Shown here piece by piece: positions 8,883-17,999 of a stretch of 64,000 bases of DNA (positions within the stretch are counted from its first letter, which is position 1; each line of letters begins with the position of its first letter). The notes below the pieces were generated by a model. The model did no database searches and was not told where the DNA came from. It saw only the letters and a list, made by a program, of their open reading frames with translations. The position numbers and the translations under genes were made by a program. This DNA comes from Dehalococcoidia bacterium (lineage in GTDB: Bacteria; Chloroflexota; Dehalococcoidia; Lucifugimonadales; UBA2985), in contig OZ244924.1 of NCBI GenBank assembly GCA_965221925.1, positions 1,161,352 to 1,225,351 of the forward strand, read 5' to 3'.

Positions 8883-11443
8883 ATGAAGCTGAACTTCTTC
8901 AAGAGGCTTTCCGACGACCGCGACAGGAAGACCCCCGTGCTGCTGGCGGTGACGCCGCCGAGGACCGGGGAGCGCACCCTCCTGGGAGTCGAGAACATGC
9001 TCGGCTCCATCGCCGTCCCCGAACCCTTCTCCCTGGAGCTGGCCGGGGACGAGGACGGCGTGACGCTGATGGCCCGCTGCCTCGACGACGAGGTGGTGCG
9101 CGGCCAGCTCTCCGCCCACTATCCCCAGGCCCGCATCCGGAGGCTGGACCCGGACGACGACCCCCTGCGCATGGGCGAGGGCGAGCAGGCGTGGAGCATG
9201 ACCCTGCGGGCCGACGCCCCCGAGTACGTGCCCATGAGGACCTTCAGGGACGACGACCTGCTCGATCCCGGCTCAGACCCCCTCATCGCCCTCATGGGCG
9301 CTCTCTCCAACATCAACAAGGGTGAGCGCATCGTGGCGCGGCTGCTGCTGCGCTCCCTGGGACCCGAGTGGTCGCAGGCCCATCTGGAGAAGACCCACAA
9401 GCGGCCCGTGGACGACCGGCGAGACCCCTCCTACACCTATCAGACCAGGCCCCTCCAGACCGACGGCGTGACGATGGCCGTGCTGGGCGTGGCGGCCCTT
9501 GCCGCGCTGCGGGGCTACCTGTGGGTGCAGGCGGGGGAGACCTGGAAGGCCGTGGTCATGGGCATCGGCGTCGCCGCCGCTCTGACCGCCGGGGGCTGGT
9601 TGTGGCACCGCTGGAAGAAGGCCAAGAAGCGCGTCTACGACCCTCTGATCATCAGGGAGAAGGTCTCCCGCATCGCCTTCGAGGGGGAGATACAGGTGAC
9701 GGCCATCCTCCCCGCGACGGACGAGCCGCGGGAGGGACTGGAGCGGGCTAGGAGGGTACTTGAGCCCGTGGCGGCGGCATACCGCCACTACGACAACCCC
9801 GCCGGGGCGCGCCTCGACGTGAACCGGGTGCGACCCGCCGTGCCCGACCCCGCGATGCTCCACCCCGCAGGCTCCGGCCTGTTCGGGAAGCGCAGCGTCA
9901 TGGGGGTGCGGGAGGTGGCCTGCCTGTGGCACCCGCCGGGAGCGGGAGACGAAACCCCCCCTGGTGGAGCGTTCCGGCGCGCGGGCGCTCAGCCCCTCGG
10001 CCAAGGGCGTCCGGGGAGGGGCACTGGTGGGGGACACCACGGCGAGAGCCAAGCGGGAGATCCGCTTCCCCGAAGACCTGCTCCGCCGCCACCACCTCTA
10101 CGTGGCGAGGACCCGCATGGGCAAGTCCACCCTCATGCACCACCTCGTCGCCCACAAGATGCGGGAGAAGGCGGCGGGCAGGGACCCCGACGCCATCGTC
10201 GTCTATCCCCACGCCGACCTGGTGGCGGGGCTGCTCCGGCAGGCGCCGGAGTCCCTCATCGACCGGGTACGGCTCATCGACCTGGCCGACCAGCGGAGGG
10301 CGTCGGGCATCAACCTGCTGGACACCCGCATCTTCTCCGACCGGGACCGCACCGCCGATTCCGTCGTGCGCGTGTGCAAGGGGCTGTGGGACCAGTGGGG
10401 GCCGAGGATGCAGTCCATCCTAGAGCAGACCGTCAAGACCCTTCACGAGGCCAACGAGCGGACGGACGCGGGTGAGCAGTACACCATCCTGGACGGGCTA
10501 CGTATCCTGGCCGACGACGACTTCAAGGCCGAGGTGCTGGCGAAGGTCAACGACCCCTACCTACTCCAGTGGTGGGCCAGGGACTTCTTCGGCTGGCGGC
10601 GCGAGACCCGCGCCGAGGCCCTCGCCCCCGTGCAGACCCGCCTCTCCTACTACGCCTCCTCGAAGCGGGCAAGGGCCATCCTGGGCCAGCGCCGCTCCAC
10701 CATCGACCTGCGCCGGACGATCCACGACGGCGGCGTCCTGCTCGTCTCCACATCACAGGGGACGGTGGGCAGAGACGTGGCCTCCCTGGTGGGCGCGTCC
10801 CTGCTCAACCTGGTGGACGCCGTGATACGGGAGCAGGGACAGCCTGCCCCTGAGTAGAAGACGCGGCGCCCTTGTGGTGGTCGACGAGATGCAGTCGATG
10901 CCCGGCGTGGACTACGAGTCGATGCTCAGCGAGCTGGGCAAGTTCGGGGCATCCTTCGTCCTGGCGACCCAGAGCCTCGCCAAGCTCGACGACCTCTCCC
11001 GCACCATGCGCGACACCCTGCTTGCCAACGTCGGTTGCCTGGCCGTCTTCCAGGTGGCGGGCAACGACGCAAGGCAGCTCGTGTGGGAGCTGGGCAAGGA
11101 CCGCGTGTCCGAGGACGACATCGTGTCGCTGCCCGTCCACCACTGCTACGTCCGGGCCACCGTGGGCAAGGAGCGGATGCCCGCCTTCTCGATGATGGTC
11201 AGGAAGCCCGAGGAGGGAAACGCCGGCGCCGGCGCCCGCATCCGCGCGGCGGCGTCCGCATACACCGTCCCCGCCCCGCAGATTGCCTACGGCGACGCCG
11301 AGGGCGACCTGAAGGTGGAGGAGTACCGCAGGGGCGTCGACGAGCTTGGGAAGGACGACGGACAACAGCAGCAGAAGCAGGACGCCGAGCAGGGGCCGGA
11401 TCGCAGGAGCCAGCGGAGCAGGCGGAAGGAGGCTGAGGAATGA
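8883..11443 (+). pseudogene. VirD4/TraG-like T4SS coupling protein split over three reading frames by two frameshifts
   Basis: Frame 1 (8883..~9960) ends its sensible sequence at HPPGAGDETP. Frame 2 (LVERSGARAL...HHLYVARTRMGKSTLMHH, Walker A) runs to 10857. Frame 3 (RRRGALVVVDEMQ, Walker B; FVLATQSL) runs to 11443. The shifts lie at the C7 run 9955-9961 and near the GGG run 10836-10838. Confidence 0.75.
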
Positions 11444-13092
11444 GACCCGAAGGATGCGAACCCGACCTGCTCCGCGCCCTGGCGTCCATGCCCTTCCTCA
11501 ACCGGCTGGAGATGGTCGCCGTCACCGGCTGGTCCAGGGGCGCGGTCTACGAGGCCGTCGAAATGCTGGAGTCCGGCGGCCTCTGCGCCTCCGTGCTCCA
11601 CGCGACGGTGCTGCTTCCCCAGGCGCGGAGGTTCCACCTGACCGCCGCGGGGCTGCACAGGCTCGCAGGCGACGAGGGCATGGCCCCCGACGAGCTGGTG
11701 CGCCACTGGCCCGTCTCGGCCCAGTGGCGGCGCAGCCTGATGGAGCGCCTGGACGCCGTGGCATCGATCTACGACGTCGCCTCCGCCGTCTCCGACGTGG
11801 CGTTCCCCGTCCGCTTCCACTGGTACCGCTCCATCCCCCTGGACGCCGCCATGACGCTTCCCGATGGGAGGACCGTGGGCGTCGTCCGGCAGGGACTCAC
11901 CGCCGATAGGTCGGGCTTCGCCAAGCGCCTCTGGCGGCTGCGCGACTGGCCGATGCCCGGAACGGTGCTCGTCCTCGCGGCCGACGAGGTGCGGCTCAGG
12001 CACGCGCGAAGGGCGCTCTCGACCACCGACGCACCGGCGCTGCTGGCCCTCGAACGCGATGCGGTCCCGGCCGGAGCGGGCGACCCGGTATGGAGCCCGC
12101 CCAGGATCGGCGCATCCGTCGCCCTGCGCTACGCCCTCGAACGGGCCGCCCCGGGCGGCGGGCTGCCGGTGGAGCCGGAACCCGCACGGGCCGACCCGCC
12201 CGCCGACCTGCCGGACAGGGGAGCCGCGTCGGACATGACCGACCAGATGCTGCCCGTCATGCTCAGGCCCGCCGAGAAGCGCGCCCTCGACCTCATCTCC
12301 GATTGGCCCTGGATCGCCCTGGGGGAGTTGGCCGGGCTGATGGACGTCACGCCCCAGAGGGCCTCCAACATCGTCATACCCCTGGAGGGGTTCGGACTGG
12401 CGGCCCGTCCCCGGGAGGCGGGAGGACGACTGGCCCTCACCGACCGGGGGCTCTCCCTGCTCGCCCGCAGGGACCGCACTTCCGTCGCCGTGGCGAGGAG
12501 CCGGTGGAGCATCGCCCTGGAAGACATGGAAGGCCCCCTGGAGTGGCGCAACGTGACCGGCAGGAGAACACGGCAGCTGCTCAGGAACATGGAGCACACC
12601 TCAGCCGTCCACGGCTTCCTGGCCGCCCTCTCCGCCCAGGCCCGCCTGCTGGGGTGGGAGGTCGTCCAGCTCGACCCGCCCCGGAGGGCCTCCCGCCACT
12701 TCCGGCACGACGGCGGTATGCGCGCCATCAACCCCGACGCCTTCGGTGTCCTGCGCAAGGACGATACAACCTGGCCCTTCTTCCTGGAGTGGGAGAGACG
12801 GGCCGTGCGGCCCTCCACCATGTCCGACCGGCTGGCCCCCTATCTGCGCTACTACTCATCTCACCGGCCCACCGACGACCACGGCGCGAGGCCCTCGGTC
12901 CTGGTCGTCTTCGACGACGAGATCACCCGGACCCACTTCCTGCGCGTGGCGCGGGAGGAGATGCGGGCCGAGGGGGTGACGGTCCCCCTGTTGGTGTCCC
13001 ACAGGCAGGCCGTGGACGCCCTGGGGCCGCTGGGACGCGCATGGGGCTCCCCCGCCGACCCGCAGTCGCCCCAAGCCCTGCCGACCCCATGA
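11440..13092 (+). CDS. Replication-relaxation (Replic_Relax)-type protein with duplicated wHTH and a PD-(D/E)xK-like C-terminal region
   Basis: ATGA overlap with the previous gene. LLRALASMPFLNRLEMVAVTGWSRGAVYEAVEMLESGGL and a second wHTH EKRALDLISDWPWIALGELAGLMDV are present, plus a C-terminal NPDAFGVL...WPFFLEWERRA block. Paralog at 46375..48567. Confidence 0.65.
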   Translation: MRPEGCEPDLLRALASMPFLNRLEMVAVTGWSRGAVYEAVEMLESGGLCASVLHATVLLPQARRFHLTAAGLHRLAGDEGMAPDELVRHWPVSAQWRRSLMERLDAVASIYDVASAVSDVAFPVRFHWYRSIPLDAAMTLPDGRTVGVVRQGLTADRSGFAKRLWRLRDWPMPGTVLVLAADEVRLRHARRALSTTDAPALLALERDAVPAGAGDPVWSPPRIGASVALRYALERAAPGGGLPVEPEPARADPPADLPDRGAASDMTDQMLPVMLRPAEKRALDLISDWPWIALGELAGLMDVTPQRASNIVIPLEGFGLAARPREAGGRLALTDRGLSLLARRDRTSVAVARSRWSIALEDMEGPLEWRNVTGRRTRQLLRNMEHTSAVHGFLAALSAQARLLGWEVVQLDPPRRASRHFRHDGGMRAINPDAFGVLRKDDTTWPFFLEWERRAVRPSTMSDRLAPYLRYYSSHRPTDDHGARPSVLVVFDDEITRTHFLRVAREEMRAEGVTVPLLVSHRQAVDALGPLGRAWGSPADPQSPQALPTP

Positions 13093-13113
13093 ACGACGAG
13101 GAATGAGAGACCA

Positions 13114-13395
13114 ATGCGTACACAAGATGCCCATAAGCGGGAAGGCCCCCGGAGGCGCGGAGGACGGACCGTTGTCCAGCTCGACGTGGCGGCCCTCTGG
13201 AGGCGGCTCGCTGTGCTGAACCGCTCCCAGAACTGGCTCGCCAGGGAGATCGGGATAAGCCCCGGCTACGTGTCGAAGCTGGTCAACACGGGGCGCTCCC
13301 CCTCCGGTCGCATCCGCCGCCGGATGCTCAAGGCCCTGGAACTGACCGAGTTCGGAGACCTGTTCAGATTGGAGGATAGCGATAAACAACAGTAA
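13114..13395 (+). CDS. XRE-family HTH protein
   Basis: LAVLNRSQNWLAREIGISPGYVSKLVNTGRSPS is a classic Cro/C1-type HTH. Confidence 0.75.
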   Translation: MRTQDAHKREGPRRRGGRTVVQLDVAALWRRLAVLNRSQNWLAREIGISPGYVSKLVNTGRSPSGRIRRRMLKALELTEFGDLFRLEDSDKQQ

Positions 13396-13462
13396 CGACC
13401 CGACCCGTTTCGACGGGCAGGACAACCCCGTAGCCGATGGGACCCAGCCCCTGGAGGACGGC

Positions 13463-13708
13463 GTGCTGCCCGAGGACTTCGGTGAGCGCCTCGAACGCCT
13501 CAAGGAGCTCAGCGGCCTCAGCTGGCGCGGCATGGCCAAGGCCCTCGGCGTGGACCCCAAGCAGCTGCGCATGTGGCGCAGGAAGGGCGTCGAGCCCTGC
13601 GGCGGAGCAATGCTCTCCATCTGCCGCTTCGCGTCCCGGATACCCGGCGGCCTGCCGGTCATCCTGAGCGAGGGCTTCCAGATGACCTTCTTCAAGGAGG
13701 AGAGCTAG
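13463..13708 (+). CDS. Small HTH protein
   Basis: FGERLERLKELSGLSWRGMAKALGVDPKQLRMWRRKG. GTG start as given by the track. Confidence 0.55.
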   Translation: MLPEDFGERLERLKELSGLSWRGMAKALGVDPKQLRMWRRKGVEPCGGAMLSICRFASRIPGGLPVILSEGFQMTFFKEES

Positions 13709-13873
13709 ACACGCGGCCCCGCCGTGCGGCCGATGCGCGCTCTGCGCCCGGCGGGGCCTGAACCGGCTTGGAGGCCGCAGGCGCTCGCCCCCTCCGTCGG
13801 CGCCGGCGGCCCGGCCGCACAACCTGCAACGAGAGGCCATCGGCCCACAGAGACGCCGCTGCGACCACGCACC

Positions 13874-14098
13874 ATGAGAGATCCTAGAAGAAACAACGGA
13901 CGAAAGAGGCCTAGAGAGCAGGAGCTTGAAGACGCCCTAGAGCGCTCCATGCCGTCCTATACGCCTGAACATCGCAGGGCGGTCCTGAAGGGGCTGCGCA
14001 TCCTGGCGCGAGTCGCCATCCGCTCCTACATGGAGGAGCAGGTGGCCGCATCGCCCCGAGCCAAAACCGGGGAGGACGGCGGCGGGGAGGAGGGCTGA
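13874..14098 (+). CDS. Hypothetical small basic/acidic protein
   Basis: Internal ATG of ORF 13724..14098. No recognisable motif; coding status is uncertain. Confidence 0.25.
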   Translation: MRDPRRNNGRKRPREQELEDALERSMPSYTPEHRRAVLKGLRILARVAIRSYMEEQVAASPRAKTGEDGGGEEG

Positions 14099-14196
14099 TG
14101 GGGTGCGAGGGGGAGCGCGGACGCCAGTGCAGGTCTCGGGAGCCTGAGATGGCGGTGGTGCACGACGGGAGGGCGCGCGGCGGGCGCCGCAGCCTC

Positions 14197-14553
14197 CTAG
14201 TACATGATGAGATGGGTGGGAACGAGTCGCTGCGCAATGGGGTCCACCGCCAGCCTCAACCCCTCCAGGGTGTAGGCTCCCAGCAGAGCCGGGGCGTCGT
14301 CCTCTCCGAACACGACGAGAGTAACCTCGCTGGAGCCGTCGACCGTCGCCCAAGCTCTCCCAATGTCCATCTCCACCCGGCGACCGTCGGCGAGCAGGAA
14401 GACGCCCTTGTCCATCGGCTCGATCCCCAGCTCGCGCAACAGGCTGCCGGGCAGCGTCGTGTAGGCGGCCCAGGTGTCTACCGTCGCCTCTACGTCCCGC
14501 CCCTGTTGGCCGTCCATGCTGGAGATGCGCAGCTGGCACCTGAAAGTCCCCAT
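14197..14553 (-). CDS. Retropepsin-like (clan AA) aspartyl protease-like protein
   Basis: 118 aa. VEATVDTWAAYTTLP resembles the D-T/S-G-A active-site loop (here DTWA), and the size is typical of single-domain bacterial retropepsins. Confidence 0.45.
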   Translation of the reverse strand: MGTFRCQLRISSMDGQQGRDVEATVDTWAAYTTLPGSLLRELGIEPMDKGVFLLADGRRVEMDIGRAWATVDGSSEVTLVVFGEDDAPALLGAYTLEGLRLAVDPIAQRLVPTHLIMY

Positions 14554-14630
14554 AGAGAGAGCTTCTCCTTCTCAGTGTCTACCACCTCATTTTACTCCAT
14601 TCAGAGATCCCGTTATAGGGGCTGCATCCA

Positions 14631-14660
14631 TTGACAACGGCGGCCCGATTCGTCCATGAT
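14631..14660 (+). promoter_or_regulatory. Putative sigma70-type promoter for the RHH-recombinase pair
   Basis: TTGACA (14631-14636), an 18-nt spacer, then CATGAT (14655-14660), ~40 nt upstream of ATG 14701. Confidence 0.3.
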
Positions 14661-14700
14661 AAGGGTAAGACATTGTGCGACATCGAAAGGCAAAAAAAAC

Positions 14701-14919
14701 ATGCCGAAAAAACGAAGGACCGTCACCTTCTCACTGCCGCCCGAGATGGACGACCAGCTCAGGCAGGCGGTCAGGGAGGACGGCCGCACGCTGAGCGAGC
14801 TTCTGCGAGAGGCATTCCGCCTCTACCTGGAGGAGAGGGAGTGGCGCAGGCAGGAAAGGACGCAGATGCGGCGCTCACGCCGAACCAGCAGGAAGATACA
14901 AGGAGGAGCAGATGAGTGA
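14701..14919 (+). CDS. Ribbon-helix-helix (CopG-like) protein
   Basis: MPKKRRTVTFSLPPEMDDQLRQAVREDGRTLSELLREAFRLYLEE. Paralog at 45709..45912. It overlaps the recombinase start by 8 nt. Confidence 0.7.
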   Translation: MPKKRRTVTFSLPPEMDDQLRQAVREDGRTLSELLREAFRLYLEEREWRRQERTQMRRSRRTSRKIQGGADE

Positions 14920-16594
14920 ACGACACGACCGCACGCCGGCGGCCCTCTACGCCAGGGTCTCCAGCGACCGCCAGGACGTGGACCTGTCCGTGTCCACCCA
15001 GCTGAGAGCGCTCAGGGACTACGCCGACAAGAACGGCTACGAGATCGTCCGGGAGTACGTGGACGAAGCGGAGAGCGGGCGCGTGATGAACCGCCCCGAA
15101 TTCCTCAGGATGATGGACGAGACCAAGAAGACCAAGGCCCCTTTCGAGGAGATTTTGGTCTGGAAATTCTCCAGGTTCACCCGCAAGCGAGAGCACGCCG
15201 TCGTACTGAAGTCCATGCTCAGGCGCAAGGGCCTCCGCGTCGTCTCCATCACCGAGCAGGCCGAGGACAACCCCACGGGCAGGCTCCTGGAAGGCATCAT
15301 CGAGACCGTGGACGAGTTTTACAGTGACAATCTTGCCATGGAGGTCTTGCGCGGAATGCGCGAGGCCGCCTCCCGCGGCTTCTGAGTCGCTCCCATGGCC
15401 CCCTACGGCTACAGGAAGGTCAAGGTGCAGGACGGCCCCAAGGAGAGGCCCACCCTGGAACCGGACCCCGAAACGACCGGCATCGTCAAGCGCATCTTCG
15501 ACCTGGCCGAGTCCCGCAAGGGGATGCTGAAGATCGTCCGCATCCTCAACGACGAGGGCATCGCCAGCCCCGGGGGTAAGCTCTGGAACAAGCCCACCGT
15601 CCACAACATCCTCAGAAACGAGGCGTACTTGGGCACCCTCGTCTGGGGCAACAACGCCAAGGACGGGGCCGAGCCGGTGCGCGTGGAAAGGGCGTTCCCC
15701 GCCACCGTCTCCAAGGCCCAGTTCGACCGAGTGAACAGGATACTGCGCTCCCGCGCCCCCAAGGTCTCCCACCCCCGCAGGGTCGGAAGCACCTTCCTGC
15801 TGAGCGGCCTGGTCAAGTGCTACAGGTGCAAGAGGGCGCTCTCGGGCCGCTATTCCAGCAGGGGCACGTTCCCCTACTACGTCTGCCACTCCTTCGTAAA
15901 GCGCGCGCCCGGGTCCTGCGACTCGCCCAGGGTCGACGCCCGGCAGTTCGAGGAGCTGGGCGTCGGCCTGATTCGCTCCAACATCCTCACCGAGGGCAAC
16001 ATTCGGAGTCTGGTCAATGTCGTGGACGAGCAGATGGACGACGTGGCCGACGAGGAGCGCAAGCGGCTTGAGACCATCGAGTCGGAGCTTGCCGACGTGC
16101 GGGGCAGGCTGGGACGGCTCTACGACCTTGTGGAGACGACGACCGAGTTCAACATGGCCGACTTCGCCCATCGCATCCGAGACCACAAGGAGCGTCAGGA
16201 GCGCCTTGAGTCCGCCGCGGAGGGGGCGAGGGCAATCCTGGCTCAGCGCAGGGCGGTACTCGACGACATCAAGACGATCACCGCCTACGCCCAGGACATG
16301 AACAGGTTCCTGCAAAAGAGCGAGCTGACCGAGCGCAGGGCCTTCATCGAGACCTTCGTCAAGGAGATCGAGCTCCTGCCCGATAACGCCGTCGTCCGCT
16401 ACAGCGTGCCCATGCCCGACGACAGCTTGATTCCGGGGGGAAAAGTCCAGGAGATACCGCTGAACGGCTCGGTGGTATCTTCCGTAAAAGCTAGCCCACC
16501 AGGCTGTACTGTACTGCGAACTCGCCCGGTGAGGGCGACCTCGGCGGCGTCCGCTCCTCCTATGGGAGAGTCTTCCGGCGTAGGTATGGAGTAG
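14912..16594 (+). pseudogene. Large serine recombinase of element A, interrupted by an in-frame TGA at 15383-15385
   Basis: Resolvase domain ALYARVSSDRQDVDLSVSTQ...VWKFSRFTRKREH, then RGMREAASRGF-TGA-VAPMAPYGYRKV in the same frame (track ORFs 14912..15385 and 15395..16594). The paralog reads REFWVTSYAPYGYRRV, so the stop replaces a Trp codon. Confidence 0.85.
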
Positions 16595-17658
16595 ACGATG
16601 GCGGCCTTGCCGGGCTTGACCTCGACCTCCTTGACGAAGGAGTGGACGAACGCCTTGGTCTCGGTGAGCTCGCTGGTTTTGAGGAACTCGCTCATCTCGG
16701 CGGCGAAGGTGGCGATGGTGTCGGCGCTGTCGAGGAACTGCCGTCGCTCTGCGAGCAGCCCTCTCGCCTCCTCAGCGGCGGCCTCCAGCCTCTCTTTGCG
16801 CTCCCGGTGCTCCCTGATGCGGTCCGAGGCGTCGGCCATCTCGATGTCGGTGGTCTCGATGGCGTGCCATATCCGACCCAAGCGCCGCTTGACCTCCTCA
16901 AGCTCCTCCTCGATGGTCTGAAGCCTATGGCGCTGCTCGCGGGCGATGCCGTCCATCTCCTCGTCCACCAGCTTCACCAGGTCGCAGATGTTGCTCTCCG
17001 TGAGGATGTTCTCCCGGATGTTGCTGACGATCAGGTCCTCGAAGCGCTTAGAGTTGAGCCTGGGCGTCTTGCACATCCCCTGGCCCTTTTTGAGCAGGGA
17101 GTGGCAGACGTAGTAGGGGAACTGGCCGCTCTTGGAGTACTGGCCGGTGAGTGCCCTCTTGCAGGTCTTGCACTTGGCGATGCCGCTGAGCAGGTAGGGG
17201 CTGGAAGCCCGTCGGGGGTTCACCTTCTTGGGGGCGCGGGACCCCAGCAGCTTCTTGACCTTCCGGAACTCCCCCTTGGAGACGATGGCGGGGTGTGCGT
17301 CCTCGACCCGCACGGGCGGAGCGCCGTCCTTGGCGGTAGTCCCCCAGACCAGGGTGCCCGTGTAGGCTTCGTTGAGCAGCACGTTGTGGACGGTGGTCTT
17401 GAGCCACTGCTTTCCCCTGGGACTGGCAACGCCCTCGGCGTTGAGGGTCTTGGTCACGTCGAGGATGCTACTGCCCTGGAAGGCCATGTCGAAGATGCGC
17501 CGTACCACGGCGTCGGCGGGAGGGTCAACCTCCAGCTTGGGGCGCTTCTTCGGCCCGTCCTGGACGTAGACCCTCCTGTAACCGTAGGGGGCGTAGCTGG
17601 TGACCCAGAATTCCCTCGAAGCGGCCTCCCGCACCCCCCGCGTCACTTCTTGGGCCAA
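16399..17658 (-). pseudogene. C-terminal 418 codons of element B's large serine recombinase gene, whose 5' part is at 45266..45688
   Basis: Begins (L)AQEVTRGVREAASREFWVTSYAPYGYRRV, exactly after the resolvase domain, and is colinear with the 15395..16594 product. There is no catalytic domain upstream; attL follows instead. Confidence 0.85.
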
Positions 17659-17681
17659 GATATCGGTTATCCAATCAACAC
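17646..17681. other. attL of the 27.6-kb island (B arm, AA core, P' arm)
   Basis: CTTCTTGGGCC-AA-GATATCGGTTATCCAATCAACAC. The P' arm is the inverted repeat (20/23) of the arm at 45244-45266. Confidence 0.75.
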
Positions 17682-17951
17682 AAGAAAATCAGGTACACAT
17701 GGGCAGTGGGACTTGAGGTCAGTTGACGACAGGAGTTGATCGCGAGTCCTGTTTGGTTCGATCCCACGTAGGTTGGACAGCGTGTAGCAGGTGTCTCCGC
17801 GATTGTCTCTCTGTTCGATCAGGCCACAAGCGTTGACTAGGGTGTGCATCACCTGGCTGACTCGACCCTCGGAGACGCCCAGCCAGAGGGCCAGATGCTC
17901 GCTGGGATAATCGCGTGATCGGCCCCAATTGCCAGGATGGCTCAGCGTGAG
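17667..17951 (-). pseudogene. Winged-helix DNA-binding protein remnant with no canonical start codon
   Basis: The open frame reads ...RSRDYPSEHLALWLGVSEGRVSQVMHTLVNACGLIEQRDNRGDTCYTLSNL. The only ATG/GTG in frame (17852) lies inside the HTH. Confidence 0.35.
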
Positions 17952-17999
17952 TCAGAGGGTCTTGTGGTCATCTAAGCCGCCCTTGCTTAAGAATATCCG

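Noticed and set aside
15383-15385. TGA decoded as Trp (alternative genetic code), suggested by TGA replacing a conserved Trp here and a second in-frame TGA at 36771
   Set aside because: Many well-supported genes in the window end at TGA with tightly coupled downstream starts (ATGA overlaps at 33303, 49634 and 58627; stops at 5008, 26065 and 33011). The GC-rich genome does not fit known TGA-recoding lineages. Nonsense mutation is the simpler reading.
17745-17775. tRNA-like GGTTCGATCCC string next to attL, suggesting a tRNA integration target
   Set aside because: The flanking bases do not form a T stem or acceptor stem. The string lies inside the wHTH reading frame on the opposite strand (LRGIEPNRT). 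The true target is the recombinase gene.
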